The notes below the pieces were generated by a model. The model saw only the letters and a list, made by a program, of their open reading frames with translations. It searched no databases and was not told the DNA's origin. Below are positions 53,701 to 63,445 of a stretch of 64,000 nt of DNA, piece by piece; the first letter of the stretch is position 1, and each line of letters opens with the position of its first letter. Source of the DNA: Bugula neritina (taxonomy: Eukaryota; Animalia; Bryozoa). Position numbers and translations under genes: made by a program. The DNA is taken from positions 26,490,628 to 26,554,627 of the forward strand of contig OZ037767.1 in the NCBI GenBank assembly GCA_964035545.1, in the 5' to 3' direction.

Positions 53701-56700
53701 TGAGACACATCCCTCCCACCTTGGCGGCTCCATCAAAGACAATCCGAATTTTTCCAGGTTTCTTGGGATGGTAAACACCAAAGTGAGGGATGTACCATGC
53801 GCTCTCATTGTTTTTCTGGTCATCTGGAACAAGTTCTGCCTCACCTTGTGTTATGATGTCATTCATAAATTTGTGATAGTGCTCAGAGAAAGTAGGATCA
53901 GTTAAATTTTTTTGAAGATTTTTGAATCGATTGAGTGCCATGTATTTAGATTTGTTTGGACCGGGTTGAGATTTTAGTGGAAGAGGCATAGTGATGTGAC
54001 CTTCTACATCTTTATATGTTTGCTCTTTCATGAGTTTCAAGAAGTTGATGTCATCGATTGACATCTTTGAATTCTCATTTGACGGATCTGAATCAAAGTC
54101 AGAGCTTAGGATCTTAAGGATTTTGGTTTCCAGGTTGGCATCTTCATTGTGGCTGTCTGCCTGTATCTTAAATGAGATATTTTCTCTGGTTGTGGGTTGT
54201 AAGACTGCAAGGTTTACTATCGTAAGCAAATTACGGGGGTTCTTTTGAGTATTATTTTGTGTGGTATTTCCCATGAGTAGCCAACCAAGATCACTCAGCC
54301 TAGCAAATGGCACATTGTCACCAGCAGTAATTTCTTGCCGTGACATGAATACTTGTGGCAGATTGCCACCAATGAGGAGACCGAGAGTGAGCTGGTTGCC
54401 TTCTTTGGCAGTGATGAATTCAGAAGCAAGGTGACGTAGATGGGGCCAGTCCTGTACGGACATGGAATTAGGAATTTCATTGCGATTGAAGGGTATTTGT
54501 GACTGACTTACACAAGTTGGCAGCTTAATATACTTTTGGCTATTGTAGCCGCGGACTAACAGCCCAGTTGCAACTTGTCTGCTGGATGTAGACCCTTGTA
54601 CATCAGTGAGGGTGCTGATACTCATGTCCGTATCATGAGTAGTGGCATTGAGTGCATTAATAGTGTCGTGAGTGATGAACGTGTGATTAGAACCAGAGTC
54701 TAATAGAGCATAGACTAGGACTTCATGGTCAGGATTTTCTATTGATGATACATACACTGGAATGGTCCATGAGGCGAGGTTTGCTGGCCTATTTCCGGCG
54801 CAGTTACGTGCGGTGGCTTGTGTTGGATTATTTTCGTTGCCTTTATTGGAAGTTGAGTTTTGAGTGGAGGACTTATTTTCGCTGCCTCGAATTTGATTGT
54901 TATGTGAAATTTTATTTGGTTGAGAGGTCTTATTTTCGCTGCCTCTATTGTAATACTTATGGAACACAGCAAGATGTTTTTGCTTACAGTCTTTTTTAGT
55001 GCACGTCGCAGGGTGGCGACATTTATCCATTTTGTGTCCCGGCTTTGCACATGAATAACAAAGGTTGTTATTGTCAAATAATTTCTCTATGTCTGAATGA
55101 GGTAATTTTTCAAGTTTGAAACAGATGCCAGTGCCATGGTTGTTCATGTTACACATCAAGCATGGGTACCTACGCATAGGTTTTGTGGTGTCATGTGATA
55201 TGTTAGCTGTTGTAGCTTGATTTTCTGAAGCGAGAAATACTGTTGCCTGCTTTTCGGACTTGCGAGTAGGTTGACTCCGCCTATAGCTGTTATCATGGTT
55301 TCTATTTGATACGACTCTTTTGGCTATGGCTTTGTTTAGACTGTTGCTTGCTACATCAGCCTCTCTAGATAAGAACCGAACAAAATCAAATATTGATGGA
55401 AACCGATCTGTTGTTGATTCTATTTCAGTTGCCATTTTGACCCACCGATTGCCTACCGATATTGGTAACTTTGCGAGAATTTTTTCATTTTCTCTTCGAT
55501 CATTAAGGCAGTTGAGTTCGGGAAGCTTGTTCATGGCGGTTTGGCAGGATTCTAGGAAATTGACTAGTTCCTCCAGTGCCTCTCCGTCATGTTCTTTGAT
55601 AAGGGGCCACTGTTCTAACTGGGTCCGATATGCTTCAGTGAGTATGTGGGGTTTCCCGAATTTATCATTTAGCTTGCGTTTTGCTTCTTTAAATGCTTCT
55701 TCAGTTCCAATTTGGAATAAATTTGCTACTACTCGTTTGGCTTTACCACCTAAATATTGTTGAAGGAGAGCTATCTTTTGGAGGGGATTGTAACTACCAC
55801 TCTCAATGAGACCCTCAAATGCCACCTTCCAATCCAAATATTCGAGGGGTTCACCAAAAAATACAGTGGGCTCGGCAGGTTTTAGTTTGATTGTGTGAAT
55901 AGCTTGTGCTAGTGTGTTAGCAAATGCTTGTTGATCAGAAACGGAGCTGATGTTCCATGGTGGAGTGACGTCTACAGGGCTCCTTGTAGGGTACGAAGTG
56001 GAGTCAGCTGGTGCCTGGTAGAGCTGAGGGTTGGTAATAGGATGTTTAGTCTGAGTCCTAGGTGCAGGTATTGGAGGTATGATAGGGGAAGACTTGGCTG
56101 GATTATCGAGTTCGGCATGTGATTGTGTGAAGTTAGGCTGGGGTAGTGGATGAAAAAGTGAAATACTGCCTTCATCTTCCATAGCCTCAGAAAGAACCTG
56201 TTCTTCAGCTTCAATGGCATCAAGTTCTGCTTGAATTTTGCTTTGCTCTATAGCCATTGCCAATTGTTTGGCCTGCATTTCTAGTGCATGAGTGCTTTTT
56301 GATGACTCAAGTTTCTGTTTGAGAGCTGCAGATTTTGCTTTAGCTTCCAACTGCATAGCTTTAATTTTTGAACTAGCACGGGATGATTTGGAAGCTGAGG
56401 TGAGATGGGATCGAGATTGAATTGAAATGACTGAACCTGATGGGTTACGTGGTTTAGACAGAAAAGCAGCTGATGATGCGCCTGGTTGGTTTGATAAAGC
56501 AGTTTTAGAACGCGTTGTATAGACATGCATCAGCTCTAAGACTTGTTGCAGACAATTTTCATTATCTGCTCCTACGCGGTCAATTTGGTTCCTGACTTTT
56601 AGATCTGGTTCAAGATCGCCACAAGCTTCGCGCAATTGTTCATAGGCCTTGATTACATTGGCCTTCTCTTCAATAAGCTGCGTCTTTAAACCTTCTAAAG

Positions 56701-59700
56701 TCTCAAACGATATCTCTTTATGTGAGGAAAATTCCTTACTTATGAACTGATGAAACACACTGCAGTTTTTTAGTATCTCTTTTAATTTATCTGCCAATAG
56801 TTTGATTTCAATACGTTTAGCATGAGTTGGATTGTCTTCATGTATCTCAACATGTCCTTGTGTGGGTGGAATTTCCTGTTCTAATGTCTCGTAATTTTTG
56901 GCTGACGAATTTTGGTCAAACTGAAAAGTGTCACTAATTGCAGCATTTTCTGATTGAGTATTTTGTTTATACATGGTTGACAAAAAGAAATAGCAAAATG
57001 TGTGAGAATTTAGTGTTGAATATCTTGGCGTGAAAACACAACTCCTAATTAGTTTTTTGAAAATATCGAATTTCTGGTCAGTTGGCTTACTGTCACAAAG
57101 CGCACAATAAATTCAAAGATAGCACGCGTAACCACAGTAGGCAAGGAAAATCGTAGTGCGTTGACTGTTAAATTATTGCTTTGACCTAGTTATTGCCCGG
57201 AATGTAAACGCAGCACGCTGTGTTGTCACTATTACAACAGCGATGTTACAGTAATAAAGAGATAGAACAAATGAAAATAAAGATGCTCACTAATAGTAAT
57301 TGTGATATGTGAATGAAAAGTTATAATTAGCTTGAGAGCTATGTAAAATTTGGTAGCTATGTAGTACAAGAAGTAAATTGTGGTTCACTAGGACAATGTG
57401 TCAATTGGGTAAAAACTTATACAGTATAGATATAATTAAACTTATCGCTCTGGAGTCTTGTTGGCTGCTGGCTCTGGCTCTTGGCTCTGGCTTTGTAGCT
57501 CTGGCTCTTGGCTGACTGGCGCTGGCTCGGTACGACTGTATAGGCTGATAGTTTGGCTATCGTTCGACTGCTGGTCAGTTTTCCCGGAGACTGTATGCCT
57601 GATTTGGGTGAATTGTGGGTTGAGTTGTTTAACTTGGGTTTGGTGTGCTTGTGCTTATCGTAAGTGATGAATGAGAATTTACTCTGTGCATGAGGATAGA
57701 AGCATTTCACATTAGAGTATTACGTGCTGTTTTGGATTAAAGTTGTGGGAGCTTGATGTAAAGTGGAAAATCAAGGTTCAATCATTTGAGTGTAAGTAGG
57801 TTACAGTTTCGCTTGTCAGCAGCAAGTGGGAAGTTTTACTTGCTGTCTTAGGTTAAAGTTCCACTTCGTGAGAGCTAAGAGTCTAACACTTGTCAAAGGC
57901 AAGTGGGAAGAGTTTCACTGTAACTGCCCTCCTAGTTTGCTATGAAAGTTCCATACGGGTGTATGTTTTAGTGTAGATAGTTTATTGATTTACACTGTTC
58001 ACACCATTTACACCTTTTACACCTTTTACACCTTTTACACCTTTTACACCGTGAAACTACAATTTTCACAAAACAAAATGATTAAAATATGATAGAATAA
58101 GAGCAAATTAAACACAGAAAAGTACATAAAAGAATTTGATAAATTGCTTGTTTTATAATTATTAAAATATTCAAAGTAACAGTATAAATCAACAAAGTTA
58201 TAATATATAAAAGCATACCTCTTTCACCCTTTCTAGGAGAGAGTTAGTAGTATAAAGAAAGCAACATTTTATACCGTGTGTTTGTAAAAATAGCTATAAT
58301 ATTATGTGAGAGTAGATGAGAATGGAACCTTGACGCTTGAGGGTTCTTACGATAATGTCCTGGCTAAATGTATTTTAACTGTTTTTGTCGGCATGTGTAA
58401 AGCTAGTGCACTCAGTTTCTTAGTCATGGTTTTTTGAGTGCAGCCAGTGCAAAATAAAACTTGCAATGCACCGAGTGATACTAAAATGGTCTTGAAGATA
58501 AAAAAAAACAGTGACAAACAAGTGCTAAAGAGTACACTAAGGATGGGTGATTCATCGCTGTTGGAATATGTGACAACACAAACGCAGTGTGGCAATGTCG
58601 GTAAATGCTAAATTGCTAATTGATATATATTATGACAGTTATGAACAAATTGGCAGCAGAGTGTCAGTAAGCAAACTAAATAAAACCAAATTTATGAAAT
58701 TTTACTATTTATTATAAAGGACACTACACTACTCAAGTACAGCTTCTTTGCACTAATGAGAGTATCTTTAGTTGCTAGCACCAAAGTATATATTAGGAAA
58801 AAAAATTTGAATGTAATGCTTTAATTCAATTTGGTGCAGCACCAAGTGAATTGATTTTGAAACTATAGTTTTACAATACACCCCAATAAACATCAAAGTC
58901 AGACTAGATGGCATTCAAAATTGATTGAATTGTTTTTTTATGCAGTAACTACTAATATTTACAAAGCCACCATTGCATATTTAATAGATGGATGAGACTG
59001 ATAATTTGTAAATCAATTTCATGGTTTTGCAGATGTTCCAGAGCATTTAGCCAAGCTACCCAAGCTGCCTTGTGAAGGTGATACACTAAAAAGACGAGGT
59101 CATCAAAAATCGCTGTTTACATGTTTAGATGATGTTGACAATGATGTCGGAGAAACGCTGACAGCAAACTCAGAGTATGGGTCAGCTCCAAGTAGACCAA
59201 TACCAGAATCAGGACCAATAGATCTCTCGTCTGCGCCGATTTCCTCATACTGGAAACCAAAACAGGACACGGAAGACGTGCCTCTCTTGACTACTAGTAA
59301 CCATCAAAATACAAGACGAAGTGTAAGCGCTGGGAATTCATTTAATAACAATTATGGCCACTCACTTAGTGATCTGTTGGTAACAAGAGGTCGCAAATCC
59401 AAGAATCTTGATAACTCAAGTCCTACACGCAAGTCAGGTCACAGGACACAACCCAACAGTCAGCCAAATACAGAGGAGGAACATAGCAAACCAAAGTGCA
59501 TGAAACATAAACATCGCTCAAGTTGTAAGAAAGCACCACACAGTGGAAATAATTCATCAAACAGAGACAATGACTCTACAACTCCCAAAGTCACAAGAAA
59601 AAAAGATAAAACAACTCCTCGGCCCATTATATCTACAACTACTACAAAAAGTACTACAACTCGAAAGCATCATCATTCGAGAGAAAGTTCAAGTCATGAG

Positions 59701-59799
59701 CATGGGCATAGCCATTGGCGAGGTTCAAGTCACAGACCTTCTAGTACAAGGAGTCATCCAAGTTCAGGAAGTCATAACAACGGAGGAGGACACTATTAG
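44755..59799 (+). CDS. Secreted protein (about 604 aa): signal peptide, two FGF/IL-1-like beta-trefoil-type repeats separated by RTKR, and a basic Ser/Thr/His-rich tail; exons 44755-44821, 45274-45417, 45735-45865, 46523-46610, 46970-47149, 47656-47739, 48481-48584, 49363-49504, 49697-49804, 59033-59799
   Basis: Ten GT-AG exons in a continuous frame (1815 nt). Signal MSGILFNYFVALLQVILFHLDAVNG. Repeated motif DERLFRY...LLRLQTNTDLFAY and DERFLEV...FRLRSVLQPDYYLAV. AATAAA at 59856. The fold assignment is inference from motif resemblance. Confidence 0.75.
47196..47380 (-). mobile_element. Degenerate tRNA-derived SINE in an intron
   Basis: The minus strand starts GGAGCAGTGTTGGCAGTGGGTAGAGTGCTGGCCT (A-box-like) ... 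GGTTAAGATC (degenerate B-box), followed by AGAAAGAGCATCCAGT. Confidence 0.45.
49982..50791 (-). repeat. 3' LTR
   Basis: Direct repeat of 57919-58728 with no difference found by eye. Contains (TTTTACACC)x4 and a minus-strand AATAAA near its 3' end. Confidence 0.97.
50792..50800 (-). other. Polypurine tract of the retrotransposon
   Basis: Minus-strand AGGTGGGAG abuts the TG of the 3' LTR. Confidence 0.85.
50867..56983 (-). CDS. BEL/Pao Gag-Pol polyprotein (2038 aa): Gag zinc knuckles, aspartic protease, RT, RNase H, integrase
   Basis: Triple knuckle CLMC..H..C / CYSCAKPGHKMDKC / CTKKDCKQKH; protease ALLDSGS; RT NFYVDD; RNase H HHFSDAS; integrase H..H..CVDC, DCFGPF, DQGTNF, GGVWERMI. Uninterrupted ORF. 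Confidence 0.97.
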   Translation of the reverse strand: MSTMYKQNTQSENAAISDTFQFDQNSSAKNYETLEQEIPPTQGHVEIHEDNPTHAKRIEIKLLADKLKEILKNCSVFHQFISKEFSSHKEISFETLEGLKTQLIEEKANVIKAYEQLREACGDLEPDLKVRNQIDRVGADNENCLQQVLELMHVYTTRSKTALSNQPGASSAAFLSKPRNPSGSVISIQSRSHLTSASKSSRASSKIKAMQLEAKAKSAALKQKLESSKSTHALEMQAKQLAMAIEQSKIQAELDAIEAEEQVLSEAMEDEGSISLFHPLPQPNFTQSHAELDNPAKSSPIIPPIPAPRTQTKHPITNPQLYQAPADSTSYPTRSPVDVTPPWNISSVSDQQAFANTLAQAIHTIKLKPAEPTVFFGEPLEYLDWKVAFEGLIESGSYNPLQKIALLQQYLGGKAKRVVANLFQIGTEEAFKEAKRKLNDKFGKPHILTEAYRTQLEQWPLIKEHDGEALEELVNFLESCQTAMNKLPELNCLNDRRENEKILAKLPISVGNRWVKMATEIESTTDRFPSIFDFVRFLSREADVASNSLNKAIAKRVVSNRNHDNSYRRSQPTRKSEKQATVFLASENQATTANISHDTTKPMRRYPCLMCNMNNHGTGICFKLEKLPHSDIEKLFDNNNLCYSCAKPGHKMDKCRHPATCTKKDCKQKHLAVFHKYYNRGSENKTSQPNKISHNNQIRGSENKSSTQNSTSNKGNENNPTQATARNCAGNRPANLASWTIPVYVSSIENPDHEVLVYALLDSGSNHTFITHDTINALNATTHDTDMSISTLTDVQGSTSSRQVATGLLVRGYNSQKYIKLPTCVSQSQIPFNRNEIPNSMSVQDWPHLRHLASEFITAKEGNQLTLGLLIGGNLPQVFMSRQEITAGDNVPFARLSDLGWLLMGNTTQNNTQKNPRNLLTIVNLAVLQPTTRENISFKIQADSHNEDANLETKILKILSSDFDSDPSNENSKMSIDDINFLKLMKEQTYKDVEGHITMPLPLKSQPGPNKSKYMALNRFKNLQKNLTDPTFSEHYHKFMNDIITQGEAELVPDDQKNNESAWYIPHFGVYHPKKPGKIRIVFDGAAKVGGMCLNDYLLQGPDQMNSLIGILMRFRKDLVGVTCDIGRMFHQFRVFPEHRDLLRFLWYDEQGEIVPYRMKVHLFGATSSPACTTYGLRSLCDTSINPNTLAKSFIRNNFYVDDGLMSFSDTDSAISVVQDAISICQEGNLRLHKFSSNSSAVLESIPASERNVQDIQTLEPDDDSQPIERTLGLLWSLKSDAFTFSSSIKSNPNTRSGVLSTIASIFDPLGFLSPFILKGKNILQDMCRISASWEATLEGELLLRWESWKSSLSDLSNIHIKRCYKPHDFGDISKAEIHHFSDASTDGYGEVSYLRVVNAKHQVNVSLLMSKGRVAPIKPITIPRMELQAAVTSAQVSGIIRSELGMDVTETFWTDSQVVLGYLKNTSKKFHVYVTNRIQKVRDQSCPESWFYVPTDQNPADHASRGLTIDQLNKSNWFTGPDFLWNEPIVIPEQPTPQVRNDDKEVKSLVTLTHDTSTHPTLYHLLHRFSSWTTAVKVTGLFIQKARSKHMKSTSYDIKSASESYIIKSAQQEHLPEAQCLKDGKKISQSSPIFNLSPFLDSKGIMRVGGRLDHSAFIEFSNKHPIILPKAGHFTQLLLQHFHNQAKHQGRGMTLAQMRSAGYWVIGARQLVTSLIYHCVDCRRDRGKPIIPNMSSLPAERVTESPPFTYCGVDCFGPFQVKDRRTELKRYGLMVTCLASRAVHIELLDDMTTSSFINAIRNVIAIRGPIREIWCDQGTNFIGAIPELTEKGVLEFKLNPPAASHMGGVWERMIRSARSILQHVLRKHAGRLDTSNLRTLMYEVMAIINSRPLSTVTEEHHPLTPNLLLTMKSDIILSPPSEFTDSDIYSRKRWRAVQHLANNFWQRWRTEYLCYLQSRQKWVNQTGREMKTGNIVIIVDDNGNRNEWSMGKVVECIKSKDGRVRSAKILIGNRNQPVNSKKYLHRPVSKLVTLIEN
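57919..58728 (-). repeat. 5' LTR
   Basis: Direct repeat of 49982-50791, upstream of the ORF on the minus strand. Confidence 0.97.
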
Positions 59800-60644
59800 A
59801 CGAGTGCGCCTGCTGATTAGTTTAGCTGTAGATGGTGTCCACTTCTAGTTATAAAAATAAACATTTGATCAATATGTATATGGAAATAACAGACATTACT
59901 AAAGTGTCTATTTGTGTGTTCAGTGTAGATATATCTTCGCCAGTATTATTAACTGAAGAATAAGACACTATTTGTTCATTGGTGGTCTCCTAGCAACATG
60001 TTCACTATAGACAATTTATTATATTAATAATTTTTGCAAACACTGTCTTTGTAAATTGTTCAAACACCTTTTTTCATCAGTATTAGTTGTATTGGTATTA
60101 CTAAAATATATTATGTATAATACAAATAGCAAAGAGTGAGCAGCTTTTCATAGACATGACTTTACAAGATGATAAGGCATCGAAATTTATGTTTATTACA
60201 GTATTAGTGACCAGTTCCAAAATTTTGCCAAACTTCCATTTTTCTATGAAAATGGTACTTAAGCATATTGAAATAAAGTGACTAAAACCAATTTGGTTGG
60301 ACAGAATTACTTAAGTCAGAAATGTTGAAATATTTTTAGCCTACTCCGTAATTTCTACTGTATAGAAACTGTCAATTTAGAGAGCAGTGATCTACACAGT
60401 TCAATTGACATACTCACTTCAAATACATGGCGAACAGAGAGTAGTAGGCTTGGCTAAAATATCATAGTCATTATAAATTAGGTTATTTATTAATTTAAAT
60501 TGCTACTAAGGGGAGTTGTCTTTGCTGTCACCAAGGCATTTTAGGAAACGAGAGTCTTTCTGCAGCAAGTTAGGAGATCCAAAGTTTATTCCTCTATATC
60601 TAAAAAAATTAGAAGAAGACCTTAGAAACATGTTAAAATTTTGT

Positions 60645-60740
60645 AGTAGAAGGGCAGACAACTCATATACCTTATATATCATATTTGCATGCGTAATAAG
60701 TAGGAAGGCAGACAACTCATATAACTTACATATCATATCT
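60645..60740. repeat. Two-copy direct repeat with a period of about 55 bp
   Basis: agtagaagggcagacaactcatataccttatatatcatat and agtaggaaggcagacaactcatataacttacatatcatat. Confidence 0.8.
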
Positions 60741-60850
60741 GTGTAAAGTAGATGGACTGAGACGGTACACTGCAGGTAACTGTGTGACTGCAAGCCGAGT
60801 ACGATGACTCACTATTTCAGTTGTCTCCTTCTGAATGTCCATTGATGATC

Positions 60851-63445
60851 TTAGAGGTACAAATATCTATAGCGAGAGAACAACTACGATGTTATATGCT
60901 ATAGATATAATAGTCTGGACATGATTATTATACTTGGTAAATCTTCAACTATGCTGTTATATGATTTAAATATAATAGCTTAAATTTAGAGAATTTTTCT
61001 GGAATATTTGCATGTGTATCAGCTATAGAATAAATACTGACTGTTACTCAACATAGACAAAAATTAGTTTTATAAACAAGTTGTTGCACATGTAAAAACA
61101 GTCATAACTATCAAGTTGACTATAATGCATATAAACATACATGAATTAAACTTGGTTTTGTTGGAGCTGAAGGCAACAGTACTTATATTGAAAAAAGCTT
61201 GTATTTTTTGAAATTAATACCTGTTCTTGAGGAATGAACTTTTGATAGCATGGAGAGCTATAGAGGACCAACATGCTTCTTGGACGAGCTCGAACATCTG
61301 TTGTTTCAATTTTTGGTAAATTCAAGCAGTTTATTCTTACGTTATCTTCTTTCTTCCATTGATCTTAATAGCACAATATTTTATAATGATATATTCAGTA
61401 AACAGTGTTGTATTCTATGATAGGTTCTCAACAAAGTCATAATTATACATGCACTAACAGCATCACATGAATGTAGATGTCGAACTAGCACATAATTTGG
61501 TTTGTAAACAATTTGAATAATTTCTATTTTTGCTGCTTTCCTTATTTTTTTTATCAGTTTAAGTGTCTAACACTTGAGTTAATTAATATAAATGATAAAA
61601 GCATAAAATAAAAGAAATATATAATATTCTAACTCTATGAAGATCTACTTAACAAGAAGCAACAATCAAAGGGCTTAGGTAAATGAGAAAAAATGAACAA
61701 GCAGTCTATTGTTTACCTAATTTTGAAACATTAGCAAAATATGCAATTTGTGGAAATTTTTAGTTTGTAACCAAAAGCAAATAAAAAGTTACATTTCTTT
61801 TACTATTAAATTTTAAGAATAAAGTGATGTATAAGTATATAAAACATTATAAATTCAAAACATCCTTTTGAAAAGTTCATTAAAAGCATATGAACTTGTA
61901 TTGCTATTACTCTTATAATGCTACGAATATGTACAGAAATTGTATGCACATGTGCCTACGTGCATGTATGTGTGTTCGTGTGCAAAAAAGTAATTTACAC
62001 TAATGCTCTACATTAATAATATTGGCAGTATATTGCATCTATATGATGTCTTTTTAGTAAAAAGCACTGTTACCTAAAAATTGATTGTAAACATGTGAAA
62101 GCAATTGAACATCATTGTAATGATTGGTACTATTATCAGTACTGAGTCCCAATAGAGGCTGGCTGCATCATCATAATTATTTACATGCTATAATTAGGAA
62201 ATAATTGCATTAATTCCAAATCTTCAAGGCAAATTATATACAGCTTACTTTGTTTCTTTTGTTGGGAGGCAAGAAAATTCTTCTTAGTCATCTCACTTGT
62301 CTGTTGCTCCCGATAAGCTTGCCTGTCCAATAAATGACTCAGTGTCTGGAATTGTCTCATCTGACCGAAATTCTCCCTTAGTATAGTATGAGTCATCTGT
62401 AACATATGAGTCACCAGCATAGTGTGAGTCATCCGTATATAAGTATTAGTCATCTGTAAAGTGGACTAAATAATGACCTAGAAACTAACTTGTTGGAATT
62501 GGTCATTTTTTCTAACGTGCAGTTTCTCCAATGAAATCCTTATAATATAAATTTGTGTAAGTGCCGTAGCAGAATATTTATAGAAACTAAGAACTAGAGC
62601 ATTAAAAAGTTTGTAACAATTTAAAAAAAAAGTTAAAACTAATCTCACCTATATAGGCTACAGATATACAGTTTATTAATAGTTTGAGATTGCAGTAGGA
62701 CACATAGATCACTTACCATATTGGTGAGTGCAAAATAATAGTGTCGATTATAATTATGTAATAAGTTATCGTGATAAAAAAACATGTATGATGACTTCAA
62801 TGATGCTAATGTTTATAGAAATATTTTCCGTGGCTTTAAATATGAAGAATTGTCAACAGTTATTGAAAGGTGCAACTTCCATCATAATTTTAGATTACCA
62901 ACTTGGTAAAATTTGAATCAAGGACAACTAACCTTATGCGAAGGTAGCAAGTATTTCTGTTTCAAAATAGGCTTACTTCCCTTTTTGTCAACGCTAGGTG
63001 GTAGAGGGTGAGTGCCACCCGTAATTTTGGCTTTTGCAACATTAGGTCTATTGGGTATTTTCTGAGTGGCAATCTATAAAAAAAAACATATAATGAAAAG
63101 CCAAAGATATAATATGTCACGTGATATAATGCAAAAAAGCATTGGCATATCTCATGACATGCTAGCCAGCTTGCTTCCCAATATACCATAGATTTTCTTT
63201 CAAAACACTCAATGCTAATTCTAGGCATTCAGCTATCTTACTTAAAATGCATTGGTTATATTTTTCTAACAAAACCTTTTACTTTGCACCATTCCATATT
63301 TAATTCTAGTCATTAAGCTACAGTAAAGCATACTATACAGTCTTTTGCTCAACACTCACCTTTGAATGGTGACCCATCTTGGTAAGCAAAACTTTCTCCA
63401 AGTGTCAAAAAGCTTTTAGTGTGTAAAAGACAATCTCTTATGCTT
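60851..63445 (-). CDS. 3' exons of a gene whose 5' part probably lies beyond the window; exons about 63445-63360, 62805-62716, 62453(or 62396)-62249, 61363-61221, 60866-60851; weak resemblance to the HPS4-type C-terminus
   Basis: Phase-compatible exons read SIRDCLLHTKSF...SSYMFFYHDNLLH...SIALHAIKSSFLKNRYLYL*. The family resemblance is from memory only and is weak. Confidence 0.55.

Larger units (their letters stand above)
49982..58728 (-). mobile_element. Full-length BEL/Pao LTR retrotransposon (8747 bp), antisense in intron 9 of the secreted-protein gene
   Basis: 810-bp TG...CA LTRs at 49982-50791 and 57919-58728. 5-bp TSD CTACT at 49977-49981 and 58729-58733. PPT AGGTGGGAG next to the 3' LTR. 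Single gag-pol ORF. Confidence 0.98.

Noticed and set aside
50410-58595. Two identical 82-aa ORFs, plus ORFs overlapping gag-pol, as accessory or env genes
   Set aside because: The 82-aa ORFs lie within the LTRs and start at TTG. The others are antisense or off-frame shadows. There are only about 75 nt between the pol stop and the 3' LTR, leaving no room for env.
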